Both the position numbers and the translations under genes were made by a program. Below the pieces are notes generated by a model. It did not search any database. It was given only the letters and a program-made list of their open reading frames with translations, and was not told where the DNA came from. Source: an uncultured virus (IMG/VR IMGVR_UViG_3300024297_000002) (taxonomy: Duplodnaviria; Heunggongvirae; Uroviricota; Caudoviricetes). Taken from it: a stretch of DNA of 64,000 bases. Where the stretch lies: IMG/VR virus record IMGVR_UViG_3300024297_000002; one strand, written 5' to 3'. Each line of letters starts with the position of its first letter. Within the stretch, counting starts at the first letter, position 1. Positions 20,538 to 31,058 of this stretch are shown here, piece after piece.

Positions 20538-22988
20538 TTATTTTTTCTTCTGCCAACCCCAACCTTCGCCGGATTGTGCTTTTTTTAATGCTTCGTCTTG
20601 TGCTTTTTTAAAGTTTTCTTTACCACCCCATTCAGCATACATATCGTCACTATATAACTTATCAATATCATAAGATCCACTACTTGAACCAGTACTACTA
20701 GTATCAATATTTGAAAACATATCTGTATCAAACCCAAATATTTTTCCTATGTTTTTACTCACTGATGCTAAATTTTTGCCCAGTTTGTCTTTTATTGTAT
20801 TAGTTTCAGTAACTGCAACCACTTTATTTCCTACTATATGTTTGTGTACACTCTTTATCTTATTTACATCAACTGAGATTGACTCTTTTGTGATCGGGCC
20901 TTCTAGATGTGGTGAAACTATGGTTTCTGAATTTTTAACTATGGAATCTCCTAACACATTGGCAATACTTTTTGCACCTTCTGTTAATTTAGATAAATCT
21001 CCATCTAACGGAAGATTTTTAGTTTTGATTAGTTTTGATAGATCACCTTTTACGTTCAACAATCCATCTGTGTTTACAAAAACTTTATCTTTGAACATAT
21101 TTGTTGCATCACCTGAAACCAACGAATCTACAGATTCTTTAAACATAGACGAAATTTCATTTGCTGACGATTTTATTTTATTAATATCAAACGGACCAAC
21201 TGGTTTAATATCTTTTCCAAAATTATTCCATGGACCTGGAGCCTCTGGTTTTGCGTTTGCTAGATCAAATACTTTGGCATAATCTTTTGCAAATGATTCT
21301 GCAACTGATTGAATTTTTTCTATATCAATTGATTTTTCTAAATTCAAAGATTTAATCTTTTCTTCCAAATCTGCTTTTACTTGATCTGCTTTGATAACTT
21401 CATTTGAACTTGTTCTGTTTGATTGTGCAATACTTTCTGCATTATCAGGATTTTTAGATTTTGCTACAACATCATTGTCTGTTGCTGACGCACCTGCAAA
21501 TGTATTCATGCCTCTTGTTAATCCATAATGATATTCAAATGGCTCGTGTGTTGGTACTCTCATACCGTCCATAGACTCGTTGATGCCATCTTCCCATTTT
21601 AAAGGTTTTGGTTTAATTTTATTAGCAGAATTAACATCACCAATCGGTGTAACCAACGTATTTGTTCCTGCTGGATCTTCAGATAATAAATCTGTTCTTA
21701 CTAAATTTTTAACAACTTCTGCGTTCGGTGTAATTGTGTTATGGTGAACCTGTGTACCTGCAAGGTGAACCTGTCCTCCGGAATGATGTTCTTGACCTGT
21801 ACCTGCGTAAGATAATATTGCGCCTGCTGGTGCTTTAGTTGATAGCGACCCTCCAACTGCGTGTAATTTTATATCATTATCTGCAATTTGCTGAATGTCT
21901 CTTCCGTCAACAACAATTTTATCTTTTGCTTTCATTTTAATTTGTCCTTTGGCAAACATATTAATATTTGCATCACTATGAAAGTTTATGTTGTTTGTTG
22001 AACGTACATTTAATCCACCACCTGCGTATATGTCAATTGCTCCGTTGGCCGCTAATTGTACCCAAGATTCTCCTGTAGCAGATCCAATATAAATTACTCC
22101 TTCTGTGTCATGTAATAGTATTTGATGACCTGTTGAAGTTCTTAATCTAATATGCTGATTGTCTTGTTGGTAATCACCATCGTCCATAACAAATGTATGT
22201 CCGGGTAATCTGTTTACTTCTTGGTCTTGTGGATTATCTATTGCACCTAACTTGTATTTTTTTGCTGATGGAGATCTGTCTAACGGTCCTGGTGTACTAA
22301 TACCAAACACTGTACTAGGAGATTCTCTTCTTGCTGATGACGTTGTTGTTCCTCTAACATCATCTTGTATCAGTCCTTGCTTTCTTAATGTTTCTGCAAT
22401 CGGGTGTATGGGTTTTGAAATCTTATCGTAATTTCCGCCATTAACATTCCATGCTCTTTTGTTTACTTCTCCTGCAGGCACAGAACTTGTACCATACACA
22501 GTTTCTTTTGATAATCCTGCTGAATGATGACCTTTTACATCTTTTGTTTTAGTTTGTTCAGATGCCGCGATGCCAGGAACCATGTGATTTGCATATGCAT
22601 CTTGAATACATCCTATCCAAAATGCTTGATCAATTTTTCCTTCTGCAAAAATTACAAGTACTCTAGTATCTATGTCTGGCGGAGTTGCCCACATACCATA
22701 AGAGTGTTGTGTGTTTGCATAATCGTAAGGATCAGATTTGTTAGTTGCGTTCAAACTTTTTACACCATAGAACGGTGTTAGATATTGACAAGTTACTAGA
22801 TCAGATTGTGCAGGTTCAGTTGTTTTTGATAGAGCAGGAATAACAACTTTAATCCTACCCATTTTCTCTGGATCATAATTTTGTTTTACAATAGCAACAT
22901 AAGGACCTGAATCTATACTTGTATACGACTCTTCTTTTTTTGGTGCTTTAGTAGTTGCTACATCTCCACTTAAATGAATATTTGCCAT
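20538..22988 (-). CDS. gp5: Baseplate hub central spike gp5/VgrG-like (OB-fold plus beta-helix)
   Basis: V..N.DPEKMGRIKV.IP, YGMW..PPD..T.VLV.F..G OB-fold; GH.FVMDDG, RLRT..GHQILLHD beta-helix repeats; RVPTHEP motif. Confidence 0.8.
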   Translation of the reverse strand: MANIHLSGDVATTKAPKKEESYTSIDSGPYVAIVKQNYDPEKMGRIKVVIPALSKTTEPAQSDLVTCQYLTPFYGVKSLNATNKSDPYDYANTQHSYGMWATPPDIDTRVLVIFAEGKIDQAFWIGCIQDAYANHMVPGIAASEQTKTKDVKGHHSAGLSKETVYGTSSVPAGEVNKRAWNVNGGNYDKISKPIHPIAETLRKQGLIQDDVRGTTTSSARRESPSTVFGISTPGPLDRSPSAKKYKLGAIDNPQDQEVNRLPGHTFVMDDGDYQQDNQHIRLRTSTGHQILLHDTEGVIYIGSATGESWVQLAANGAIDIYAGGGLNVRSTNNINFHSDANINMFAKGQIKMKAKDKIVVDGRDIQQIADNDIKLHAVGGSLSTKAPAGAILSYAGTGQEHHSGGQVHLAGTQVHHNTITPNAEVVKNLVRTDLLSEDPAGTNTLVTPIGDVNSANKIKPKPLKWEDGINESMDGMRVPTHEPFEYHYGLTRGMNTFAGASATDNDVVAKSKNPDNAESIAQSNRTSSNEVIKADQVKADLEEKIKSLNLEKSIDIEKIQSVAESFAKDYAKVFDLANAKPEAPGPWNNFGKDIKPVGPFDINKIKSSANEISSMFKESVDSLVSGDATNMFKDKVFVNTDGLLNVKGDLSKLIKTKNLPLDGDLSKLTEGAKSIANVLGDSIVKNSETIVSPHLEGPITKESISVDVNKIKSVHKHIVGNKVVAVTETNTIKDKLGKNLASVSKNIGKIFGFDTDMFSNIDTSSTGSSSGSYDIDKLYSDDMYAEWGGKENFKKAQDEALKKAQSGEGWGWQKKK

Positions 22989-22992
22989 CTGC

Positions 22993-25785
22993 TTATAATC
23001 CTCCTAACACATGACCGTATGGTTTGCCTGTTTTTGGATCAATCATAATTCTTTTGTTGTTGTACTGTGCTGTTTTTTGTTTTACCAAAGGATCGTGCTT
23101 GTTGCCTTTAGTTTCTACTGTGTGTTTCACACCTTCTGAAACTGTGTGTTGGAATTGATCTGTGTTCATCATAATTTTTGCATCTTCGATAGTGATATCA
23201 TCTGAACTAGGATCATGAGGCTGTGTTGCAACTGTGTGCATTTTTCCATCAGGATGCCATCTTGATTGTGCGTTTTCACTGTATGAGAACGTACCGTTTG
23301 TTTTCTTTGACGTATCACCTTTAGGAATTTCAGGTTCAATGGAAGGATATGCTGTTGCATTTACTCCACCTTGGTTTTTAATTCTTATCATGTGAATGTC
23401 TTGTGTAAATCTTCCTTCTTCAAAGTTGCTGTCTACTTTATATACTTTATACAATCCCGAAAACCTAACATCTTTTCCTGATTCAGCAAAATTGTATTTT
23501 CCTGATTTTTCATTAAAGTCTGTTGGAAATTTAAAATCAAGTGTGCATAAAGGCTCTGCTTCGTCAAGAGAGAATGATCCTGTTTCTTCGCTCCATGTGT
23601 TTCCTTTTATGGTTCCCCATTTTTTAGATACCATAACAGGATTTTTTGGATCATAGTTTGGCTCGTATGCCATTGGTATGTATTGATCCGATCCTATCCA
23701 TGCTGGATCACCCATTATATTCATTGTTACTTTTATCATGTCTGCTAAAGGATTAGTTAGATAATCATAAAACTCTCTTGTTTTTGCAGACTTTTTATCG
23801 CTGTCAGACTCTCCGTTATTGACCGAACCCGACGATACTGGATGACTTCTGACTCCAAACAATTCATTTCCATATACGCCATCTCTGCCTACTATTGTTT
23901 TATCTTTTTTCTTGTCATTAAAATCTTTAATTTCTTTACTGTCATGATCTAGTGTATTAGCATCAGACATTCTTGCTTGAAAAAATGCATACTTGTAATT
24001 GATGTTTAGATCTAGTACATCTAAATTTTGACCTGTATAGATGTAATTGTATTTTTTCTTAACTAATTTCCCCCATTTGCCTGCACCGGTCAACCCTGGT
24101 GCAACAAAATTTCCTATATGTATAAGATATGGTTGTATGTGATAGTGTATTGTTTTTCTATGCATCTTATTGATACCATCTAAATCAGAATGTGTGTAAA
24201 CACTGGTAATAATTTTAAACCATGGCACATACTCTTTCATAACTGCTTTGTCGGCCGAACCTGGCACACCACCTTTGTATTCTGGTCTTTGTGATGCATC
24301 CATAGTTTTTTTCCAATACTTTTCTACAAAGTCTGTTGCTATGTCATTGTATGCATCAGTACGCATCATTATGGCTTCAATTGTTGCAGGTATTGATGAA
24401 TTATCTTTCATTTGTAAAGCCTTGATTGCTGGAGTATTTTTTATAATTGCATTCTGTAATCCAACATCAACACCTTCAAACTTTTTGTAATCAATTTTCT
24501 TTGATCCTATAGGCGGCAAATCAAATTTTCCAATATTCCAGAAAGTCATGGGATCTCCAGACGATTCTACTTTTTGACCTGCAAAATAAGGATCGTATGT
24601 TATTCTGTATTCGTCTTTAAATTCTCTTTGTTTTTTTGTTATTTCAGTATCTTGTATTTTGTCTATGCCGTTTATTATGGACTCAAACTGTTCTGCTATA
24701 TTTCTTCCTGTTACTTCGATTGGTCCTCTAACGTAGTTAAATCTGTTAACCATTGCAAACTCTGTGTAAGGTACAGCAGTCAGAGTATACTTCGAACCTC
24801 CTTGGTTTATATCAACTGTTGAGTTTACTAGTTTGATTGGATATTGTTTTTTTGTTAACCCCGGAACGCCTTTAACTACATTGCCTTTTGAATCATAACC
24901 TACAAATTCTAGTGTTAATAAAAATGGTGCATCCATGTGATCTATGTAACCACAATTAAGAGCCGCTCCACGTAGTTTTTCGTACAATGTTACACCAAAT
25001 GGTTCGGACAACTCAAAATCTATCTTGGTAAAATTCATTAGTTTTCTATCTTCGTTGGGTGCATGAATTCCTTCTACATTTACTCTTTCAAAATAGATAT
25101 CATGGTTGTCTTTTAATATGTCCGAAGAAAACTTTCTATACGGATCGTATTTTTTCCTAACTGCATCATCTCTTTCTGCGTTGGCTCTACTTTCGTGTAT
25201 ACTTCCTCCTTGCTCTGATTTAACAAAATTTTCGTTACTAAAACTTCCGCCGGTTCCTATACCACCTGATTTTGCAATAATATCGTGTGGTGTTTGAGTT
25301 ATTATGTTAGCAGGAAATCTCACGTCGCCTTCGGTTAAACCTGACAATGTCCAAATGTAATTGTAACTTGCAAATTGGTGTAATACATTAGTGTGAGTAA
25401 ATTGTCTTTCACTTTGTTGGTATCTATTACTATACATTTTTTTAGATTCAACAGAATTTGAATTTGTTGTTGCTTCTGATGTATCTACGTCTTTGACTGT
25501 TTCAGATTCTATATCGTGTATAAACTCTTCAGTTTTGTTCTGTAAACTTTTATTATTCTTATAAGAATTTTTATGAATATGACTTAGGTTGCTGTTTTCA
25601 AGTTTTTCTTCTACTGTGGCTCCGGATGCCGAGTCTGACGTTGTTGCTTCTGCTATGTCAGATGCAACTATTGTTTCTAAATCTAAAGCAAATAAATTTA
25701 CTCTATGTTCTTTGAAGTACGCCATCTTCTCGTCGTAGTTCATTTTTTTAAATGCTTGAATTTCTGCGGAAGTGAAATCTGCCAT
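22993..25785 (-). CDS. Baseplate hub protein (gp27-like, putative)
   Basis: Position between gp53 and gp5; N.LH.FASYNY..TL, F...EP.G..L, Y.YIYTGQN.DVL, I.GDP.W, FSGLYKV.KV.S.F..G.FTQ motifs. Confidence 0.6.
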   Translation of the reverse strand: MADFTSAEIQAFKKMNYDEKMAYFKEHRVNLFALDLETIVASDIAEATTSDSASGATVEEKLENSNLSHIHKNSYKNNKSLQNKTEEFIHDIESETVKDVDTSEATTNSNSVESKKMYSNRYQQSERQFTHTNVLHQFASYNYIWTLSGLTEGDVRFPANIITQTPHDIIAKSGGIGTGGSFSNENFVKSEQGGSIHESRANAERDDAVRKKYDPYRKFSSDILKDNHDIYFERVNVEGIHAPNEDRKLMNFTKIDFELSEPFGVTLYEKLRGAALNCGYIDHMDAPFLLTLEFVGYDSKGNVVKGVPGLTKKQYPIKLVNSTVDINQGGSKYTLTAVPYTEFAMVNRFNYVRGPIEVTGRNIAEQFESIINGIDKIQDTEITKKQREFKDEYRITYDPYFAGQKVESSGDPMTFWNIGKFDLPPIGSKKIDYKKFEGVDVGLQNAIIKNTPAIKALQMKDNSSIPATIEAIMMRTDAYNDIATDFVEKYWKKTMDASQRPEYKGGVPGSADKAVMKEYVPWFKIITSVYTHSDLDGINKMHRKTIHYHIQPYLIHIGNFVAPGLTGAGKWGKLVKKKYNYIYTGQNLDVLDLNINYKYAFFQARMSDANTLDHDSKEIKDFNDKKKDKTIVGRDGVYGNELFGVRSHPVSSGSVNNGESDSDKKSAKTREFYDYLTNPLADMIKVTMNIMGDPAWIGSDQYIPMAYEPNYDPKNPVMVSKKWGTIKGNTWSEETGSFSLDEAEPLCTLDFKFPTDFNEKSGKYNFAESGKDVRFSGLYKVYKVDSNFEEGRFTQDIHMIRIKNQGGVNATAYPSIEPEIPKGDTSKKTNGTFSYSENAQSRWHPDGKMHTVATQPHDPSSDDITIEDAKIMMNTDQFQHTVSEGVKHTVETKGNKHDPLVKQKTAQYNNKRIMIDPKTGKPYGHVLGGL

Positions 25786-25786
25786 T

Positions 25787-26086
25787 TTACAATCCTAGAT
25801 CGTTTTGCAAATTACTTAATTTTGGTATTCTTATTACAGTTCCTGGTTTGAAGTCGTATATTGGATCTTCTATTTCGTTTGGATTTCGTTGAGCAAACAC
25901 CCACCATAACCTTGGAGTACCATATAAGTCAAATGCCAATAGGTCTGGTCTGTATGCATATATTCTATCAATCTCATACTGAATATCATCTGCACCACCT
26001 GTTATAGGTCTAGGATTGAAAATACTTAAATGTGTATCTGTTTGTTCAGTGTTAAGATACGGAGATGTGTTTGAATATTTTGCCAT
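25787..26086 (-). CDS. gp53: Baseplate wedge gp53-like (LysM-like) protein
   Basis: YRPDLLAFDLYGTPRLWWVFAQRN...DPI.DF.PG..IRIP. Confidence 0.85.
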   Translation of the reverse strand: MAKYSNTSPYLNTEQTDTHLSIFNPRPITGGADDIQYEIDRIYAYRPDLLAFDLYGTPRLWWVFAQRNPNEIEDPIYDFKPGTVIRIPKLSNLQNDLGL

Positions 26087-26991
26087 TAAATGAATCCTAC
26101 CCCGTCTTTGTTTTGTAAATCACCAGATATAAAATCTTTCATATTAAATTTCTTAATTGTATCTCTAGAGTATACTGGTTGTAATTGTATTGTGAATAAA
26201 CTTTGTGTCGGTGCCCACGTTTCAGGAAGAGCACTATCTTGATCCATTGTTCTCATCTCATTTGGATTCATTGTGTCTGCACCTGAATTCATTGCTCCGC
26301 CCATTCCCATTTGACTTGTAGAAATATAATCTATTCCTTCTCTTAATTCACAAGTGAATGTACTGATAAAACAAGGAATATTTTTAAACACATGATTTCC
26401 GTATCCGTTGAGTGTACATATCGGAGGAGGATTTCCTCTGTTTGCATCACCTTCTTCTCCGCCAAAAAACATTTTTGTTGCCGATCTTAAAAAGTGTAAT
26501 GTTGCCACCCAATACAATGCGTCTTGTTGATTCTGTACTGGAAATTCTGCAACTATTGTCATGTTTGCAGGCTCAGAATTTTGATATGCGTAAAATGGAT
26601 AGTTGGCATGGGTTGTTGCTAATGGATTATAATTTGCATTGTGTTGCAAAATAACCGAAGGTGTTAATGGAAATATAATTCCGCCTTCTTCTGCCAATGG
26701 TCCCAAAATATTTGATTTTGATTGTGATTCAGTTTTACCGCCACCATTGAAAAAGAAGTTGTACATATCCTCTCCTTTACGTAGAGTTAGTTTGACTCTC
26801 CAATCTGTTTGCTTTGATCTTCTAGACCATTTTGCTGTTGTGTTTGCTGACATTGGCCCTTCACCACCAGGTGGTAAACCTGCGCCAAATAGACGGCCTA
26901 GTGTTCTACTAAAAATATTGCCCCCACTGGTTTTAAACACCTCTGTTAGGGTCTTCTTATCAGGACTAAATTTATCTTCAATATCTGCCAT
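26086..26991 (-). CDS. Tail tube initiator / baseplate-tube junction protein (gp48/gp54-like)
   Basis: G.IFP.TP.V...H.ANY....TH.NY....Y.NS; HFLRS.TKMF.G; GNPPP...L.GYG...F..IP....F; first gene of the baseplate operon. Confidence 0.65.
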   Translation of the reverse strand: MADIEDKFSPDKKTLTEVFKTSGGNIFSRTLGRLFGAGLPPGGEGPMSANTTAKWSRRSKQTDWRVKLTLRKGEDMYNFFFNGGGKTESQSKSNILGPLAEEGGIIFPLTPSVILQHNANYNPLATTHANYPFYAYQNSEPANMTIVAEFPVQNQQDALYWVATLHFLRSATKMFFGGEEGDANRGNPPPICTLNGYGNHVFKNIPCFISTFTCELREGIDYISTSQMGMGGAMNSGADTMNPNEMRTMDQDSALPETWAPTQSLFTIQLQPVYSRDTIKKFNMKDFISGDLQNKDGVGFI

Positions 26992-27001
26992 ATTTTTCCG
27001 G

Positions 27002-27030
27002 TTGCGTTTTCAGTTTAATAATTGTATACT
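27002..27030 (+). promoter_or_regulatory. Host sigma70-type promoter for the gp55-gp47-gp46 operon
   Basis: TTGCGT-N17-TATACT. Confidence 0.55.
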
Positions 27031-27037
27031 TTAACTA

Positions 27038-27045
27038 TATTTATA
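27038..27045 (-). promoter_or_regulatory. T4-type late promoter (TATAAATA) for the baseplate operon
   Basis: Exact T4 late consensus ~47 nt upstream of the 26991 start codon. Confidence 0.7.
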
Positions 27046-27151
27046 GGCACAATTTTAGGCGTATTTAATTCCCGTTACGGCACACTTTAACAGACCTGTT
27101 TGTGGTCAACTTTACAACAATTATAACAGCAATAGCAAAAAGCAAGGAAAA

Positions 27152-28195
27152 ATGAGAAGAGTAAAGTACCTAAATAACAGAGACCTACTAATACAAATAC
27201 ACAAAAGCAAGATGACCTATAGTTCATTTGTGGACGAGGGTGATGAGTTTTTTGATGTCATTGTGCCTGCAAAAGAAAAAATTAACATTAGATCCATTGC
27301 AATGGCTAAAAAAACAAGGGCCAAAAAATTAACACAGGAAGCATGGGAAAAAGCAAAAGAAGATGGCCAGAAAAAAATTAAATTAACTGACTTTACTGTT
27401 TCGCCTAGAAAAATTGATAAGACTGATTTAGTATTTAGAGTCATGACATTTGATCATATACCCGAAGATGCTGATAGAAAAAGAAATCCAAAGTCCGTGG
27501 CAGACAGACACGTTAAAGTTAACTTTCCTCCATACCAACATTATAAAATTGACAAAAAAGGAAAACTATACTGTGTAGGAAAATCACATTGGGAAGGTGG
27601 TATGTCAAATGGTAACTTCAAACTGGATGGTGGAAAGATTACAAACGAACTTGCAAGAATGTTTATGAAATTGTGTGAACGTTACGGTACAAGAGCAAAC
27701 TGGAGAGGTTACACTTATAATGACGAGATGCAATCACAAGCACTGATGCAATTATCACAGATTGGTTTACAGTTTGATGAATCAAAATCAGAGAATCCGT
27801 TTGCATATTATACTGCGGCAATAACAAATTCATTTACAAGAATTTTAAACATTGAAAAGAAAAATCAAAACATTAGAGACGACTTGTTAGAGCAAGAACA
27901 CATGAAGCCATCATTTACAAGACAGAATGCAAACGAGTTAGCAACTGAATCATATCAAAAGAAAGTTAAAAGTCTGCATGGAGCAGTAAGAATGGCAACA
28001 AAGACATCTATTAAAGAACTAAACAAAAAATTAAAAAAAGAAAAAAGAAACAAAATGAGAGATGAGGACGACGATAAAAAAATTACCGATACACTCCATG
28101 ATGACGAACACGAGATGTTAAAATACAAAGATATAAAACCTGAAGATATTAAACCTCCTGTAATGAAGACTTGGGGTACTAGAGGTAAGAAGTAA
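27152..28195 (+). CDS. gp55: Late-transcription sigma factor gp55-like
   Basis: YLNN.DLL, ...ERY..R.NWRGYTY.DEM...AL.QL......FDESKS.NPFAYYT..I.NSF.RIL..EKK.Q.IRD; directly upstream of gp47/gp46 as in T4-like phages. Confidence 0.9.
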   Translation: MRRVKYLNNRDLLIQIHKSKMTYSSFVDEGDEFFDVIVPAKEKINIRSIAMAKKTRAKKLTQEAWEKAKEDGQKKIKLTDFTVSPRKIDKTDLVFRVMTFDHIPEDADRKRNPKSVADRHVKVNFPPYQHYKIDKKGKLYCVGKSHWEGGMSNGNFKLDGGKITNELARMFMKLCERYGTRANWRGYTYNDEMQSQALMQLSQIGLQFDESKSENPFAYYTAAITNSFTRILNIEKKNQNIRDDLLEQEHMKPSFTRQNANELATESYQKKVKSLHGAVRMATKTSIKELNKKLKKEKRNKMRDEDDDKKITDTLHDDEHEMLKYKDIKPEDIKPPVMKTWGTRGKK

Positions 28196-28196
28196 T

Positions 28197-29219
28197 ATGG
28201 CTTTTTTTAAAAAGGTAGCCTGTTTCACGGACATACATTTCGGACTAAAAGGTAATTCTCGAGTACACAACGATGATTGCGAATCATTTATCTATTGGTT
28301 TATTGAACAAGCCAAAGCAGAAGGATGTGACACTTGTATATTCCTAGGTGATTGGCACCATCACAGATCAGCCACAAACGTTTCTACTATGAACTATACT
28401 GTTTCTAACATGGAACGTTTAGGTGCGGCATTTGAAAAAGTTTATGTAATGATGGGTAACCATGATTTATTCTACAGAGAAAAAAGAGAAATTAACTCTA
28501 TGGAATTTATTAGAAACATTCCAAACATTGTAATGGTTAACGAATGGATAGAAGACGATGACGTTGCAATTATTCCATGGATCGTAGGAGATGAATGGAA
28601 AAAAATTGCAAAAATGAAAAAGAAGTATGTGTTTGGACACTTTGAACTACCATACTTTAAAATGAATGCAATGATTGATATGCCCGATGTTGGTACAATC
28701 AAAACAGATCATTTCGCAGGATGTGAAAAAGTATTTTCAGGACATTTTCATAAAAGACAACAAATGAAAAATGTAACTTATATGGGTAATGCGTTTCCTC
28801 ACAACTACGCAGATGCCGGAGATGATGAAAGAGGAATGATGGTATTAGAGTGGGGTGGTGAGCCTAAGTATATTAATTGGCCTGATTGTCCAAAGTACAG
28901 ACATATTAAAATAAGCGAACTGTTAAAAAATGCAGACGATTTGCTAGACAAAAATATGTATGTTAGAGTTGGTTTAGATATTAAAATAAGTTACGAAGAA
29001 GCAAACTTTATTAGAGAAACATTCATTGACAAATACAATTTAAGAGAATTACAACTAATACCAGAACAGGTAGATAATGCACAACAACCGCTTGTTGAAG
29101 TACAAAAGTTTGATTCAGTAGATCAAATTGTTTTAAAACAACTGGAAGGTGTTGATTCCGAAACGTATGATAAAAACATCTTGATGGCAATTTATAGGAA
29201 TTTAGATGTTAACCATTAA
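28197..29219 (+). CDS. gp47: Recombination endonuclease subunit gp47 (Mre11/SbcD-like)
   Basis: Metallophosphoesterase motifs DIH, GDWHH, GNHD, GH, SGHFH. Confidence 0.92.
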   Translation: MAFFKKVACFTDIHFGLKGNSRVHNDDCESFIYWFIEQAKAEGCDTCIFLGDWHHHRSATNVSTMNYTVSNMERLGAAFEKVYVMMGNHDLFYREKREINSMEFIRNIPNIVMVNEWIEDDDVAIIPWIVGDEWKKIAKMKKKYVFGHFELPYFKMNAMIDMPDVGTIKTDHFAGCEKVFSGHFHKRQQMKNVTYMGNAFPHNYADAGDDERGMMVLEWGGEPKYINWPDCPKYRHIKISELLKNADDLLDKNMYVRVGLDIKISYEEANFIRETFIDKYNLRELQLIPEQVDNAQQPLVEVQKFDSVDQIVLKQLEGVDSETYDKNILMAIYRNLDVNH

Positions 29220-30981
29220 ATCATTATCAGTAAAAAACTTCATGAGTGTAGGTAATACTGCACAAGGTATTAATTTTGACAACAAAAGCCTTGTTCTAGT
29301 AATTGGTGAAAACATGGATCTAGGCGGTGACGATGCCGGTGCTAGGAATGGTACTGGTAAGACTACAATTATTAACGCACTATCATATGTGTTTTACGGA
29401 GAAGCATTAACAAGTATCAGGAGAGATAATCTTGTAAACAAAACTAACGAAAAAGGCATGATGGTTTCTGTGTCGTTTGTTAAAAACAATATTACATATA
29501 CTATTGAAAGAGGTAGAAAACCTCAAGTGTTTAGATTCTATGCAAACGAAATAGAACAGAATACAGAGAGTAACGAAGCACAAGGTGAGAACAAAGAAAC
29601 ACAGCAAGAAATAAACAAATTGCTTGGTATGACCCATGCCATGTTTAAAAACATAATTGCACTAAACACTTACACTTTACCGTTCCTTGCAACTAAACAA
29701 GGCGAACAGAGAGAAATTATTGAACAGTTGCTTGGTATAACACTCTTAAGTGAAAAATCAGATCTTTTAAAAGAACAAATGAAAGCAACTAAAAACGAGT
29801 TGCAAGAAGAAAAGATAAAACTAGATGCAAAAAATGCCTCTAACGAAAAAATACAAGAGTCTATCGAAAGTTTAAAAATAAGATCTAGTGCTTGGCAAAG
29901 TCAAAAAGATCAAGATTCTGTAAACTTTGCTCAAGCAATAGCAGAGTTAGAAAAAGTGGATATTAAAGCAGAATTAGAAGCACACAAAAAAGCACAATCT
30001 CACAGTGAAAATTATTTGAAACTACTGGGTTTACAAAAAGAAAAAGCATATCATGACGATGCGTTTACTAGAGCAGAAACAAATGTAACTAAAACCGAAT
30101 CTGATTTAAAATTTGCAGAACAGGCCAAGTGTCCAACTTGTGAACAATCATTGCATGATGAAAAACACAAACAACTAACTGATAATTTAATTGCTACACT
30201 GAATGAAAGTAAAGCAGACGTTACAAAAGCAAAAACTGATATTAATAATGTACAAAAGAGTATTGACGATATCGGCGATTTAGGACAAACTCCAGATACC
30301 TATTATGACAGCATTGATGAAGCATACAATCACAAAGGTTCATTAAAAGATTTACAAAGACAACTAGAACAAAACGAAGCCAAAGAAGATCCTTATGCAG
30401 AACAGGTAGAAGAACTAAACAAATCTGCAATACAAAAAATTGATTACACAATTATAAACGAACTCGAAGATCTAAACAGACATCAAGACTTTTTGTACAA
30501 ACTGTTAACAGCAAAAGATTCATTTATAAGAACAAGAATTATTGAACAGAACTTAACATATCTAAATCAAAGATTGGCATATTATCTAGGACAAGTAAAA
30601 CTTCCGCACACAGTTACATTCCAAAGTGACTTGACTGTGCGTATTGAAGAACTAGGTAGAGAACTTGATTTTGATAACTTGAGTAGAGGCGAAAGAAACA
30701 GATTAATATTATCTTTGAGTTGGGCATTTAGAGATGTATGGGAATCACTTTATCAACAGATCAACTTGTTGTTCATTGATGAATTGGTAGATGCTGGTAT
30801 GGACGCATCTGGCGTTGAATCTTCTATTGCTGTATTGAAAGACATGAGTAGAACACAGCAAAAGAATATTTTCCTAATATCTCACAAAGATGAACTGGTA
30901 AGCAGAGTGAATTCTGTACTGAAAGTAGTAAAAGAAAACGGTTTTACCAATTATGAAAATGATGTGGATATTATTGTTTAG
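29206..30981 (+). CDS. gp46: Recombination endonuclease ATPase gp46 (Rad50/SbcC-like)
   Basis: KNFMS, Walker A NGTGKT, coiled coil with CPTC zinc hook, LSRGE signature, LLFIDE Walker B, ISH. Confidence 0.95.
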   Translation: MLTIKSLSVKNFMSVGNTAQGINFDNKSLVLVIGENMDLGGDDAGARNGTGKTTIINALSYVFYGEALTSIRRDNLVNKTNEKGMMVSVSFVKNNITYTIERGRKPQVFRFYANEIEQNTESNEAQGENKETQQEINKLLGMTHAMFKNIIALNTYTLPFLATKQGEQREIIEQLLGITLLSEKSDLLKEQMKATKNELQEEKIKLDAKNASNEKIQESIESLKIRSSAWQSQKDQDSVNFAQAIAELEKVDIKAELEAHKKAQSHSENYLKLLGLQKEKAYHDDAFTRAETNVTKTESDLKFAEQAKCPTCEQSLHDEKHKQLTDNLIATLNESKADVTKAKTDINNVQKSIDDIGDLGQTPDTYYDSIDEAYNHKGSLKDLQRQLEQNEAKEDPYAEQVEELNKSAIQKIDYTIINELEDLNRHQDFLYKLLTAKDSFIRTRIIEQNLTYLNQRLAYYLGQVKLPHTVTFQSDLTVRIEELGRELDFDNLSRGERNRLILSLSWAFRDVWESLYQQINLLFIDELVDAGMDASGVESSIAVLKDMSRTQQKNIFLISHKDELVSRVNSVLKVVKENGFTNYENDVDIIV

Positions 30982-30988
30982 ATTTTAC

Positions 30989-31018
30989 TTGACAAAACCA
31001 GATCATACGTGCTTTAAT
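30989..31018 (+). promoter_or_regulatory. Sigma70-type promoter for the histone-like gene
   Basis: TTGACA-N18-TTTAAT, with the -10 preceded by TG (extended -10). Confidence 0.5.
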
Positions 31019-31058
31019 AAAAGATATATTAATTAATAATATAAAGAAGGATATAATT

